Assembly (NCBI GenBank): GCA_046483495.1
Contig: JAWODC010000028.1
Location: forward strand, 1 to 36,626
DNA from: Desulfobacterales bacterium
GTDB taxonomy: Bacteria > Desulfobacterota > Desulfobacteria > Desulfobacterales > UBA5616
DNA length: 36,626 bases
Direction: 5' to 3'
A model generated the notes under the pieces. The model had not been told where the DNA came from, ran no database searches, and worked only from the letters and a program-made list of their open reading frames with translations. Positions 1 to 9,129 of the stretch are shown here, piece by piece (within the stretch, counting starts at the first letter, position 1; the number at the start of each line of letters is the position of its first letter). The position numbers and the translations under genes are program-made.

Positions 1-1
1 T

Positions 2-277
2 GAAAGGCGCTATGAGCTGAAAACCCGGGGATATGATCTGGATGCATTGGCCAAACGGGTAGAAGATTTGTTTGAATTGGAATCCGGAGAAATTTATTCT
101 CCGGGCAAATACAAACGGCTGATTAAGCCCAGGAGCGTATTTTGCTACTGGGCGGTTCGTGAATTGGGAATCACGGCAACGGCCTTGGCCAGAAAGTTGG
201 GCCTGAGCCAACCCGGGGTCAGCAAGTCTGTGGTAAGGGGTCAGGAAATCGTCGAAGAGCTTGAAACCGAGTTCTAA
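2..277 (+). CDS. 3' end (partial) of a probable REP-associated tyrosine (Y1/RAYT-like) transposase; C-terminal DnaA-C-like HTH
   Basis: Frame is open from base 2 (ERRYELKTRGYDLDALAKRV...). RSVFCYWAVRELG...LARKLGLSQPGVSKSVVRG resembles the C-terminal HTH of long Y1 transposases. The catalytic HUH domain is outside the window. Confidence 0.7.
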   Translation, partial: ERRYELKTRGYDLDALAKRVEDLFELESGEIYSPGKYKRLIKPRSVFCYWAVRELGITATALARKLGLSQPGVSKSVVRGQEIVEELETEF

Positions 278-287
278 CTCCAAGTTG

Positions 288-872
288 TTATTTCATGGAC
301 GCTACCTGCCCTTGTGCCTTGGATTTAAACGTTATGGAAGGGGCAATAGATTTTTCGTACGTAAATCCCTCCGTCTCCCGTATATCGCCATACTTTACCC
401 GCAACTCATTTAGGGTGCCGGAGTCCAGGGCAAACATGGGACATGCATTTACGCAAACCGGATCTTTGCCCTCCTCAAAACGTTTGAGACATAAATCACA
501 CTTCTGCATTTTGGCGCCTTTTTTCGGGCCGAATGCCGGAACATCATAAGGACAAGCACTTTTGCAATAGGCATTGCAATCTTTATTGCCCAAGCATACA
601 TCACGGTCCACCACCACAATGCCATCCTCATCCCTTTTTGAAATAGCCCCCACAGGGCAGGCATTCACACAGGCAGGATTTTCGCAATGAAGGCAGGGCA
701 TTGCAAGATACGCCCTAAACAGATCCGGAAAAGCGCCTTTCGTGATGGATACGATCTGAATCCAATCCTCAGGTTCCCCGCCAATTTCCGTTTCGTGCCA
801 ATCCTTGCAGGCAATCACACATGTATAACACCCGGTGCAGCGTGTTTGATCAAAATAAAAACCCCGTTGCAT
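288..872 (-). CDS. dmsB: 4Fe-4S dicluster protein, DMSO reductase subunit B-like
   Basis: CTGCYTCVIAC, CLHCENPACVNACP and KCDLC...PVCVNACP motifs; directly follows the molybdoenzyme gene. Confidence 0.85.
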   Translation of the reverse strand: MQRGFYFDQTRCTGCYTCVIACKDWHETEIGGEPEDWIQIVSITKGAFPDLFRAYLAMPCLHCENPACVNACPVGAISKRDEDGIVVVDRDVCLGNKDCNAYCKSACPYDVPAFGPKKGAKMQKCDLCLKRFEEGKDPVCVNACPMFALDSGTLNELRVKYGDIRETEGFTYEKSIAPSITFKSKAQGQVASMK

Positions 873-873
873 C

Positions 874-3072
874 TCATTCCTCCTCTAGGAATTTTTCAGC
901 CTGCACAAGGCATCCGTTAAAGGGAAAGGCGCCGCCAGGAGAACAATCATCCCGGGTCAGTACATTGGGGCATCCCCCCCGGTCCCTCCCCTTCTCGTCG
1001 GGTGAATACCATGCGCCTTCAGCTATGGCTACAACTCCCGGCATGATCACCTCCCCCACGGAAGCTGGAATTATGGTTTCACCTCGGTCATTGAACACCC
1101 TTACCATATCCCCATCCGCGATGCCCCTTGCTTTGGCATCTTGGGAATTGAGGTATACGCTCTGGGGTTTTATTTTGTTGACCCAGGTATTGGTGTAAAA
1201 GCTGGAATGCCCGCGAAAGCGGGGATGAAAGGTAATGAGTTGCAAGGGCAGCCGTTCGATCAAGGGGTCTTCCAGACTTTCCCAACCGGCCATATGCTTT
1301 GGGATGGGCGGAATTTCAGGATCATCGAGATCTGCGAGGATTTGAGAATAGATCTCTATTTTTCCAGAAATAGTGGGGAAGGGATGATCTTTCGGATTTT
1401 CAATCTGTTCCTTGAAACTGATGGGAGGTTCCGAACGCCTTATCTTATGGATACCCTCTTTTATAAATTTCTGATAATCGGGAATCTCCGAAGGCATGTC
1501 CTGGGTCAGATCCATCATCCTTCGAATCATTTCTTCTTCCGGAAGATCGAAGAAGGGGTCCTTTATATTCAATCTTCCGGCCAGTTCCCGGCATATTTCA
1601 ATATCCGTTTTGCTTTCTCCTAATGGCTCGATCACTTTATTTTGATAAATGAAATAGGGGCCGCCCATCCAGGGTCGGGCGAAATCGTTTCTTTCCCATA
1701 CGGTGTTAACCGGCAGCAAAATGTCCGCAAATCGGGCCGTGGCTGTCATAAACTGCTCGTGAACAACAATGAATTCCAGTTTTTTCAAGGCCTGAACCCC
1801 TTTGTTTGTATTCAACCACTGGTTTAAAGGATTGTTAAAGGCGATGTAGGCCATTTTATAGTCGGCCGGATATCCTCCGGCTTTTCCCTTGAGTATGGCA
1901 TCCCATACTTTAGATGTATGGGGCTGCCTTTTCTTGCGGCCGGGTGTATCCAATCGCTTTTTTTGCTGATCGTATGATCCCCCTTCAAAAAGACGGGTCA
2001 TCACTTCCGGTACCATGGGGATGACCGGCGGCCGTTCGAAACCGGCAGCATTACCGCCGTGAATGCCCACATTTCCGGTCATGGCAGCAAGTGTCGACAC
2101 AGCACGATGGAATTGCTCACCAAAGGCATTGCGGCCGGGGGCCATACCGGCGATCAAGGCGCCGGGCTTGAGTGTTGCATATTGGCGCGCTAATGACACG
2201 ATCCTTTCTGCGGGCACCTCGGTTTTGGTGAAGGCCCATTGCGGTGTCTTGGGGATACCGTCCTCCTCACCCATAATGTAGTTTCTGTACTGATTGAAGC
2301 CTGTCGTATAGTTTTCCAAAAATTCCTGATCGTGAATGTTTTCGTGGATCATGACATAGGCCATGGCGACAAGCATGGCCGTATCCGTACCCGGCCTGAT
2401 GGGAATCCATTCATCGCCAAGAATCGCGGCAGATTCGGTAAACCTGGGATCGACAACGATGACCTTTGCACCAGCTTCCTTGGCCCGTTTGATTTGAAAT
2501 GGGGTATTGGTCCCGTATAAGGAGGTCACCGGATCGATGCCCCAGAGCAGGATCAGTCTGGAGTTCATCAGGTCATCCCGGTCGTTGGCGTTTGTCAGGG
2601 TGCCGTACGTGGTCCGTGCGTCGAAGATGGCGCCTTCACCGGAAACATCGCCCCATGTGGAGGAGTACCCGCCGTAGCTTTTCAGGAAACGTCGCACAGA
2701 CTGGTTACTGGAATGCACCATGCCGCTCGACCCGGCGAGGGTTTGAACCATGATCGCCTCAGACCCGTAAGTTTTTTTTATGCGGGAAAGCTCGGAAGCT
2801 ACCGTGTCCAAGGCTTCGTTCCAGGAGATTCGGTCAAACTTACCTTCACCGCGCTCGCCCGCGCGTTTGGCGGGATATAAAAGACGATGGGGTGAATAGA
2901 CCTGTTTGCGAAGTGCCCGTCCTTTAGCGCAGGCCCTGTATTGCGCTCCTTCTCCATCATCCGTTTCCACCCGTATCATTTTTCCGTCTTTTACATGCAC
3001 CTTCAGGACGCATCTTCCGCCGCAATCGTAGCAGCCGCCTGTGGGAATAATGGTTATGGGATCTTCTGCCAT
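874..3072 (-). CDS. dmsA: Molybdopterin oxidoreductase, DMSO reductase subunit A family, no Tat signal
   Basis: CYDCGGRC...C FS0 motif, RLLYP..R.GERGEGKF.RISW.EALD, IRPGTD.A, FMTATARFADILLP, T.SGKIE and a C-terminal molybdopterin dinucleotide-binding domain. AGGAG RBS present. Confidence 0.88.
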   Translation of the reverse strand: MAEDPITIIPTGGCYDCGGRCVLKVHVKDGKMIRVETDDGEGAQYRACAKGRALRKQVYSPHRLLYPAKRAGERGEGKFDRISWNEALDTVASELSRIKKTYGSEAIMVQTLAGSSGMVHSSNQSVRRFLKSYGGYSSTWGDVSGEGAIFDARTTYGTLTNANDRDDLMNSRLILLWGIDPVTSLYGTNTPFQIKRAKEAGAKVIVVDPRFTESAAILGDEWIPIRPGTDTAMLVAMAYVMIHENIHDQEFLENYTTGFNQYRNYIMGEEDGIPKTPQWAFTKTEVPAERIVSLARQYATLKPGALIAGMAPGRNAFGEQFHRAVSTLAAMTGNVGIHGGNAAGFERPPVIPMVPEVMTRLFEGGSYDQQKKRLDTPGRKKRQPHTSKVWDAILKGKAGGYPADYKMAYIAFNNPLNQWLNTNKGVQALKKLEFIVVHEQFMTATARFADILLPVNTVWERNDFARPWMGGPYFIYQNKVIEPLGESKTDIEICRELAGRLNIKDPFFDLPEEEMIRRMMDLTQDMPSEIPDYQKFIKEGIHKIRRSEPPISFKEQIENPKDHPFPTISGKIEIYSQILADLDDPEIPPIPKHMAGWESLEDPLIERLPLQLITFHPRFRGHSSFYTNTWVNKIKPQSVYLNSQDAKARGIADGDMVRVFNDRGETIIPASVGEVIMPGVVAIAEGAWYSPDEKGRDRGGCPNVLTRDDCSPGGAFPFNGCLVQAEKFLEEE

Positions 3073-3098
3073 TTTTTACTCCTGATGTATCGTTGGAA

Positions 3099-4682
3099 TT
3101 ACCTGTTTTTTGGATGTATGTGATTATTAAAGCGAACATCAACTTCAAAACAAATCTCTTCGTATGTTTGCTCAATGGCTTGAATTTCAGTATCCATCAA
3201 TTTTGTGAACTCTCTTTCTCTTGCCCGTTTGGACAGCTTACCATTATTTTGGGCCAAAAAGCGTATAAGAAGATCAACGAGCTTATCAGGCATATCGATG
3301 TAGTTTTTAATGAACTCATTAAGCATGTCGTATTTTTTAAGGTATGCGACTTCCTCAGGAAGCGTTTTATTTACTGTTTCCTCAACGCATTCAAAGAAAA
3401 ACTCGGCCTGTTTGGTTGCATCAAAATAGCGATACAGATCTATGGTTTCATTTAGCACCTCAACATTGTTTTTTTCTGTCGGTCGCCATTTAATCAAATC
3501 GAGCCTCGGTTTTGAAAAATGCTCCAATATTTTTTTATATTCCTCTATGCGGTTTAGAATGACGGCGGACACCGGGAATATTAACCCTTTTGGGACGAAA
3601 CTTTTTTCAGCTAAGACATGATGAAACAAATACCGGTGAATCCTGCCATTTCCATCTTCAAAAGGGTGAATAAATACAAAACCAAAGGCAAGGACAGTTG
3701 CTAATAAAACAGGATCAAAATTATCCCTACAAAGAAGCTCATATGTTTCCATCAGGCCGACCATAAGCGCTATTAAATCATCAGGCCGTGCAGAAATGTG
3801 ATCCGGCATGGGCATGCCTGTTGAACGATCATGTTGCCCAACAAAGCCGCCTTCCAATCGCAGTCCCGGCTCCATAAACCTATTATCGGAAATAACACGT
3901 TTCTGTAAATGCTCCAGTTCAGGAATGCTGAGTTGGCGTTGCCCGGCCCGGCCAATTATTCTTCCCCATCGTTCGATGCGATTGTGTGGCGGGCTTTCCC
4001 CTTCAATAGTGTAAGAGGCTTTTGAATCTTTAAACATCAGAAAGGCAGCAGCCCGGCTGAGAAGATCGGGATGGATCTGGCCGATATTTTCTATAGCTTT
4101 TTGTGATAGTGCTTTACCTATAAATCGCTCAATCTTCTCTGTTTTTCGGATCAGAGGGCAAAAATTGCGTGTCCCCGGCAAATTATTGAGAACCCGATGG
4201 CGCCGGGATGGATATGATTTGCCTTCGTATTGTAACTTGCTATTGATGACGGGAGTGTAATTTCCTGTGCTTGCATCTTCAATATCCAGTTGGTCATCGC
4301 ATAGCCATTCCCACAAAAACCACAATTTCCGGCTATAGCTGCCCGTTGGCTCAGAACGAATTATCTCCTTGATTTTTTCGGCATCAATATCTTGAAATAA
4401 TGCATTGAGAACCGCCAGATCAATGCCTTCATACTTTAGTGCAAAGACCAGGTGTCCATGAAGCGTATCTTCCGGTTTATGGCGGGGTGTAAAAATATGC
4501 CAACGCCCATAATCGTATTTTTTGTGTTTTGTTCCCACCGCGCAAAGATGATCCGGCAGAGGGATTTTCAGATCATGGGCTTGAATTAATGCAGAATATC
4601 CAGCTAAGCAAGCCCCTTCTTCCAAAGCCGGGAATCCATGAAAAACAGTTAAGCTCTGTGAATTTTGATTATAATTTGCCAT
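3099..4682 (-). CDS. Large Fic family protein
   Basis: Canonical Fic motif HPFEDGNGRIHR; SYTIEGE inhibitory-type motif. Confidence 0.9.
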   Translation of the reverse strand: MANYNQNSQSLTVFHGFPALEEGACLAGYSALIQAHDLKIPLPDHLCAVGTKHKKYDYGRWHIFTPRHKPEDTLHGHLVFALKYEGIDLAVLNALFQDIDAEKIKEIIRSEPTGSYSRKLWFLWEWLCDDQLDIEDASTGNYTPVINSKLQYEGKSYPSRRHRVLNNLPGTRNFCPLIRKTEKIERFIGKALSQKAIENIGQIHPDLLSRAAAFLMFKDSKASYTIEGESPPHNRIERWGRIIGRAGQRQLSIPELEHLQKRVISDNRFMEPGLRLEGGFVGQHDRSTGMPMPDHISARPDDLIALMVGLMETYELLCRDNFDPVLLATVLAFGFVFIHPFEDGNGRIHRYLFHHVLAEKSFVPKGLIFPVSAVILNRIEEYKKILEHFSKPRLDLIKWRPTEKNNVEVLNETIDLYRYFDATKQAEFFFECVEETVNKTLPEEVAYLKKYDMLNEFIKNYIDMPDKLVDLLIRFLAQNNGKLSKRAREREFTKLMDTEIQAIEQTYEEICFEVDVRFNNHIHPKNR

Positions 4683-4890
4683 ATCTATGAATTGTTTTTA
4701 TAATATTGAAACTTAATATGGCATGAAAAACAATTATTGTCTATGAATTTTAATTAAATAAAGAGCTTTTTATGAAATTTGATTCTAATCTGAATGAAAT
4801 TGTTGCTAAAAGACGTCACGGAGATAAATATCAAAACCAATGACAAAATATTCTATCTCATCTATTTGCTTTTTCGAAGCCAGTGTATTG

Positions 4891-5044
4891 TTACCGGGAT
4901 CGGGCCAAGACAAGCGACGGATAATGCATGAAAGTATGTGTAAAAATAGCTTAATACAAGGGCTATAATCATCTTTTTGATATTGAAATAGAGGATATAG
5001 GAAATTCAATGGCAAGAGCACGTCGGCATTTTATTCCCGGATAA
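4891..5044 (+). repeat. Copy 1 of an imperfect ~150-bp repeat ending in a RAYT-like start (MARARRHFIPG*, 5009-5044)
   Basis: Aligns by eye with 6401-6556 (GATAATGCATGAAA...GGCTATAATC.TCTT.TTGATATTGAAA...GAGGA.ATAG.AAATTCA...GCATTTTAT.CCC). Confidence 0.8.
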
Positions 5045-5128
5045 TTGAGGATCATCATTTTTAGTTTATTGTGTCAAATTGTATTTAGACTATTATGTTG
5101 TGTTGTATTTAGGTTATGGAATGAAGGG

Positions 5129-6292
5129 CTAAGGCAGTTCGGTCCCCTGGTTCATGATATCGATATACGCGCCATAAGAGTAGATTCGGTTTCTTTTCTT
5201 CCCTGTGATTTCTTTCAAGATTCCCACATTCTCCAATTCTCTCAGACAGGTGTTAACGGTTGCAGGAGACAACCGCGTTTTCTGCTGAACCCGGTTCGGA
5301 GAGGCCATGGGGTGTTCGAGCAGTGATTTATGAACCAAATGAGCAGACCCGGAAATGCGCTTCATATCCGCAATTCGTTGTCCATCCTCCTCGGCAAGCG
5401 CTAATAATTGTTTTGCCGTATTTACAGCCTGGGTGGCGGTGTCAATAACGGCATCTGTAAAAAAGTCAATCCATGCCTCCCAGTTTCCGGAAAGTCTAAC
5501 ATTATTGAGCAATTGGTAATATTGTTCCCGGTGACTTTTAAAATAAAGGCTTAGGTAAAGCATCGGTTCTTTAAGCACGCCTGAGGAACAGAGCAGAAGC
5601 GTGATCAAAAGCCGTCCCAACCTGCCGTTTCCATCCAGAAAAGGATGAATGGTTTCAAACTGAACATGTGCCAAAGCCGATTTTAACAGCACCGGTGTCT
5701 TCTCCGGCTTATCATGGAGGAACAATTCCAGTTGCCCCATGCATTCCATAACCTTATCCGGCGGTGGCGGCACAAAAGCCGCATTTCCTGGCCGAGAGCC
5801 GCCGATCCAGTTCTGGGTTTTCCTAAATTCACCCGGGGACCGGTCTTTTCCCCTGCCTTTTGAGAGCAAAATGCCGTGAATCTCCTTGAGCAGACGCAAA
5901 GACAACGGAAAGCCTTCAGTTAGGCGTTTGAGTCCGTGGTTAAGTGCTGTCACGTAATTGCTGACCTCACGTACATCGTCTAAAGGAACCCCCGGCTGAT
6001 GCTCAAGCTCAAACATCAGCAGGTCGGATAATGACGATTGGGTTCCTTCAATCATCGAAGAAAGCACCGCTTCTTTTCGCACATACATATAAAGGAAAAG
6101 TCCGGTGTCAGGCAGTAAGGTCGATACACTGTCCAGCCTTCCCAAAGATAACAGTGCCCGATCAAATTTATCGCGGCGTTCGGCTGTCCACTCAACCGAC
6201 GGCACTGGCGGCAGGGGCGATGGGACAAAGGCCTTGACCTTCTCGCCGGCAGTTGAAACGGTCAAATAGGTGCCCTGGAGTTTTCGGTTCAT
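5129..6292 (-). CDS. Fic family protein with N-terminal Fic_N-like and C-terminal HTH domains
   Basis: HPFLDGNGRLGR, EAVLSSMIEGT, PGEFR.TQNWIGG; C-terminal winged-HTH-like segment. Confidence 0.92.
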   Translation of the reverse strand: MNRKLQGTYLTVSTAGEKVKAFVPSPLPPVPSVEWTAERRDKFDRALLSLGRLDSVSTLLPDTGLFLYMYVRKEAVLSSMIEGTQSSLSDLLMFELEHQPGVPLDDVREVSNYVTALNHGLKRLTEGFPLSLRLLKEIHGILLSKGRGKDRSPGEFRKTQNWIGGSRPGNAAFVPPPPDKVMECMGQLELFLHDKPEKTPVLLKSALAHVQFETIHPFLDGNGRLGRLLITLLLCSSGVLKEPMLYLSLYFKSHREQYYQLLNNVRLSGNWEAWIDFFTDAVIDTATQAVNTAKQLLALAEEDGQRIADMKRISGSAHLVHKSLLEHPMASPNRVQQKTRLSPATVNTCLRELENVGILKEITGKKRNRIYSYGAYIDIMNQGTELP

Positions 6293-6302
6293 ATCCGCAT
6301 TT

Positions 6303-6370
6303 CCTTATTTCAGGCATTGAAATAAGGTTTTTCCTTATTTTAATTTAATTAATAATTTAAAATAAGGAAA
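6303..6370. promoter_or_regulatory. Two related palindromes upstream of the fic gene (probable operators)
   Basis: CCTTATTTCA-N5-TGAAATAAGG (6303-6327) and TTTCCTTATTTTAA-N13-TTAAAATAAGGAAA (6330-6370). Confidence 0.6.
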
Positions 6371-6400
6371 CTGTTTTGTCAATAATCAGTGATGTGCTAT

Positions 6401-6556
6401 TTACCGGTAGCGGGTGTCGGACCAAGGAGGGTCACTGATAATGCATGAAATCATATGTAAAGATAGCCTAATATAAAGGCTATAATCGTCTTATTGATAT
6501 TGAAAATTGAGGACATAGAAAATTCATTAGTAAGAGTATGAGCATTTTATACCCCG
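6401..6556 (+). repeat. Copy 2 of the ~150-bp repeat (more degenerate, ATG lost)
   Basis: Colinear similarity to 4891-5044. Confidence 0.8.
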
Positions 6557-6768
6557 TCATCGTATAATGTTCTTTTCGGCCCCAAAAACAAAAATATAGA
6601 GGCAAATAACCGGATTTAGGATTTATCAATTTTAATTAATATCGATACGTTAAATTGATCCGGCCCCAATAACGTACAATTTGGCTTTTTATTTATATTG
6701 ATTATAATTAATACTTATGATAAAAATTTTAAAAGTATTAATTATAACTGACAAAACGTATATGGGCG

Positions 6769-7974
6769 ATGAAAATTCCTGATTACATTAGGCGGCCTAT
6801 CTATCTTGACCGCGTCATGCCGTATGTCCAAAAAGATGTCATGAAAATCTTTGTCGGCCAACGGCGTGTCGGAAAAAGCTATATGCTTTTTCAACTGATG
6901 GACCAGGTTTCGGCTCTCTATCCGGATGTCCAACAGATTTACATCAACAAGGAACTTAATGAATTTGCTGACATTCGGCAGTCTGACGACCTTCTTAAAT
7001 ATATGGCCGCTCATCGCCTACCAGAGCGGCGCCTGGCACTTTTTATCGATGAATTGCAGGAGATCGAAGGATTTGAAAACGCCTTGCGGAGCCTACAGGC
7101 CGAGGGAAATGTGGATATTTACTGCACCGGAAGCAATGCAAAACTACTTTCCGGTGAACTGGCCACATATTTGTCCGGGCGATATATCGAAATCAAGGTA
7201 TATGGTCTGACATATGGAGAATTTTTAAAGTTTCATGGACAGGAAAAAGGCAGCAAGAGCCTGCAAAGCTATCTGAAATTTGGAGGACTCCCTTACCTGC
7301 GCCATCTTCCTCTGGATGACACCGTCATTTTTGATTACCTCCGAAACGTTCTCGATGCCATACTTTTAAATGATGTCGTGTCCCGATACGACATTCGCAA
7401 TGTGCCCTTTTTGCAGCGACTAACCCGTTTCCTGGCGGATAATGTCGGCAGTTTGGTTACGGCCCGAAAGATCAGCGAGTACCTGAAATCCCAGAAGATA
7501 AAAATTTCTCACAATCTGGTAATCGATTATCTGTCTTACTTATCCAATGCTATACTCGTATTGCCCGTAAGACGTTTTGATATTGCGGGGAAAAAAGTTT
7601 TCGAGATCGGAGAGAAATATTATTTCGAAGATCTGGGTATCCGGCATGCACTGGTTGGATTTCGTGCTGTGGATATCAACAAGGTTATTGAAAATATTAT
7701 TTTTACCCATTTGAAGGTGGCCGGATACGATGTCACCGTTGGCCGGATCGGCAAACAGGAAGTGGACTTTGTCTGCGAGAAAGCAGGTGAGCGGATTTAT
7801 ATTCAGGCGGCATACATGATTCCCGACGATAAGGTCAGAGACAGGGAATTTGGCAATCTGCTTGCGATTCCCGATAATTTTCCTAAAAAAGTAATATCCA
7901 TGGATGAAGTTGCCGGAAGCTCCTATCAAGGCATCGAACATGTTCACCTGGAGGATTTTCTACTGTCCTTATAG
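6769..7974 (+). CDS. ATP-binding protein, AAA_14 + DUF4143 family
   Basis: Walker A GQRRVGKS, Walker B FIDELQ, TGSNAKLLSGELATYLSGRY, FGGLP, KYYFEDLGIR, EVDFV. Confidence 0.9.
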   Translation: MKIPDYIRRPIYLDRVMPYVQKDVMKIFVGQRRVGKSYMLFQLMDQVSALYPDVQQIYINKELNEFADIRQSDDLLKYMAAHRLPERRLALFIDELQEIEGFENALRSLQAEGNVDIYCTGSNAKLLSGELATYLSGRYIEIKVYGLTYGEFLKFHGQEKGSKSLQSYLKFGGLPYLRHLPLDDTVIFDYLRNVLDAILLNDVVSRYDIRNVPFLQRLTRFLADNVGSLVTARKISEYLKSQKIKISHNLVIDYLSYLSNAILVLPVRRFDIAGKKVFEIGEKYYFEDLGIRHALVGFRAVDINKVIENIIFTHLKVAGYDVTVGRIGKQEVDFVCEKAGERIYIQAAYMIPDDKVRDREFGNLLAIPDNFPKKVISMDEVAGSSYQGIEHVHLEDFLLSL

Positions 7975-8376
7975 AGCATTTTTCACCGCATAGGGCAACA
8001 GTCCAATAGATAAAAATCCGTGTGAGAATCTGTGGGAGAAAATTTTCCAAAATGTGCTGAAACTTCCAAAATCAGAAAAAAATAAAAACTGTATGACTAA
8101 TAAAAAAAAGAGATGGGATGTATGAGATCATCCTTCCATCCTATAAATTATTGACTCTTCCTCCGTATTCCGGTTAAAATTAACCACTTAAATTCCAGCT
8201 CAATCGATGCACCACTTTCACCTGCTAAAGCCGGCCTTCACCTCCAGCGAATACTCATTTTCTTGTCCTTAAAATTACCCGCGAACCTTGAGTCGGCAGT
8301 TCTGCTTCTGATGAGGATGAAAAAGACTCAATGATTCTAATTCTGCAACAGATTCATATATCCAAGAGGGGTACAA

Positions 8377-9039
8377 ATGGAAAATTTTCTGGAAAAAGTC
8401 GAACCATTCGCAATCGAAATAAGAAAATCAGTAATGAATGATTTGAAGCCGCGTGTTGCTCATCTTGTGGATGCAGGTTGGCCGGAAGTAATACAAGCCG
8501 TCAGAGATTATGAGATTTCCCTCGAAAAAACGAATGCCTGGCGTGTTGAAGATGAAAAGGGCGCCATACACTTGAAAACAGGGTGTACGATTTTGGCTGT
8601 CTATCGAGCCCTCGAGCCGTATTTTGAGGACAAACAGAAACTTCTGGATGTTATGAAGGAAATGATCGATCAGGTTGCCTTTGGCGAAGGGGGCGAAAAT
8701 CACCTTATTAACCGTTATGGTCTCGACCCTCATAATCCATCAGAAGCCTGGGACCGGTTTTGCTCCAGTTTTTTAAGAATAGGGCAGGAAGAATATGGAG
8801 CTTCATGGGTATACGAACAGGGAATTAGAGATCATAAACGGTTCTTTATCAATATCCGGAAGTGCGGCTTCAAAGATTTTTTCATTGAAAACGGAGCCAG
8901 AGAGGTTCTCTATCTGCTTTGTTCTGTCGATTACATTTGGGCCGATGCTTTAGAAAAGTACAACATCACATTTTTGAGGCCGACTACCCTTTCCGAAGGC
9001 AGTGATGCGTGCCGATTTCAATTTTTCAAATCGGATTAA
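8377..9039 (+). CDS. L-2-amino-thiazoline-4-carboxylic acid hydrolase family protein
   Basis: C-terminal C...CSVD...RPTTLSEGSDACRF signature; GAGGGG RBS. Confidence 0.7.
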   Translation: MENFLEKVEPFAIEIRKSVMNDLKPRVAHLVDAGWPEVIQAVRDYEISLEKTNAWRVEDEKGAIHLKTGCTILAVYRALEPYFEDKQKLLDVMKEMIDQVAFGEGGENHLINRYGLDPHNPSEAWDRFCSSFLRIGQEEYGASWVYEQGIRDHKRFFINIRKCGFKDFFIENGAREVLYLLCSVDYIWADALEKYNITFLRPTTLSEGSDACRFQFFKSD

Positions 9040-9129
9040 AGCCGGGGGATCCAATTCCCCAAAATAAGAGCAATTGGCAAAGCCCTGATGATTGAATAAT
9101 TCTATTTGATCAAATAAAAGAGGAATATC

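Noticed and set aside
8288..8331. Hammerhead ribozyme-like CTGATGA...GAAA inside a TTGAGTC/GACTCAA stem
   Set aside because: There is no stem II, and GAAA is not followed directly by the stem III strand; it is more likely a decayed MITE or chance.
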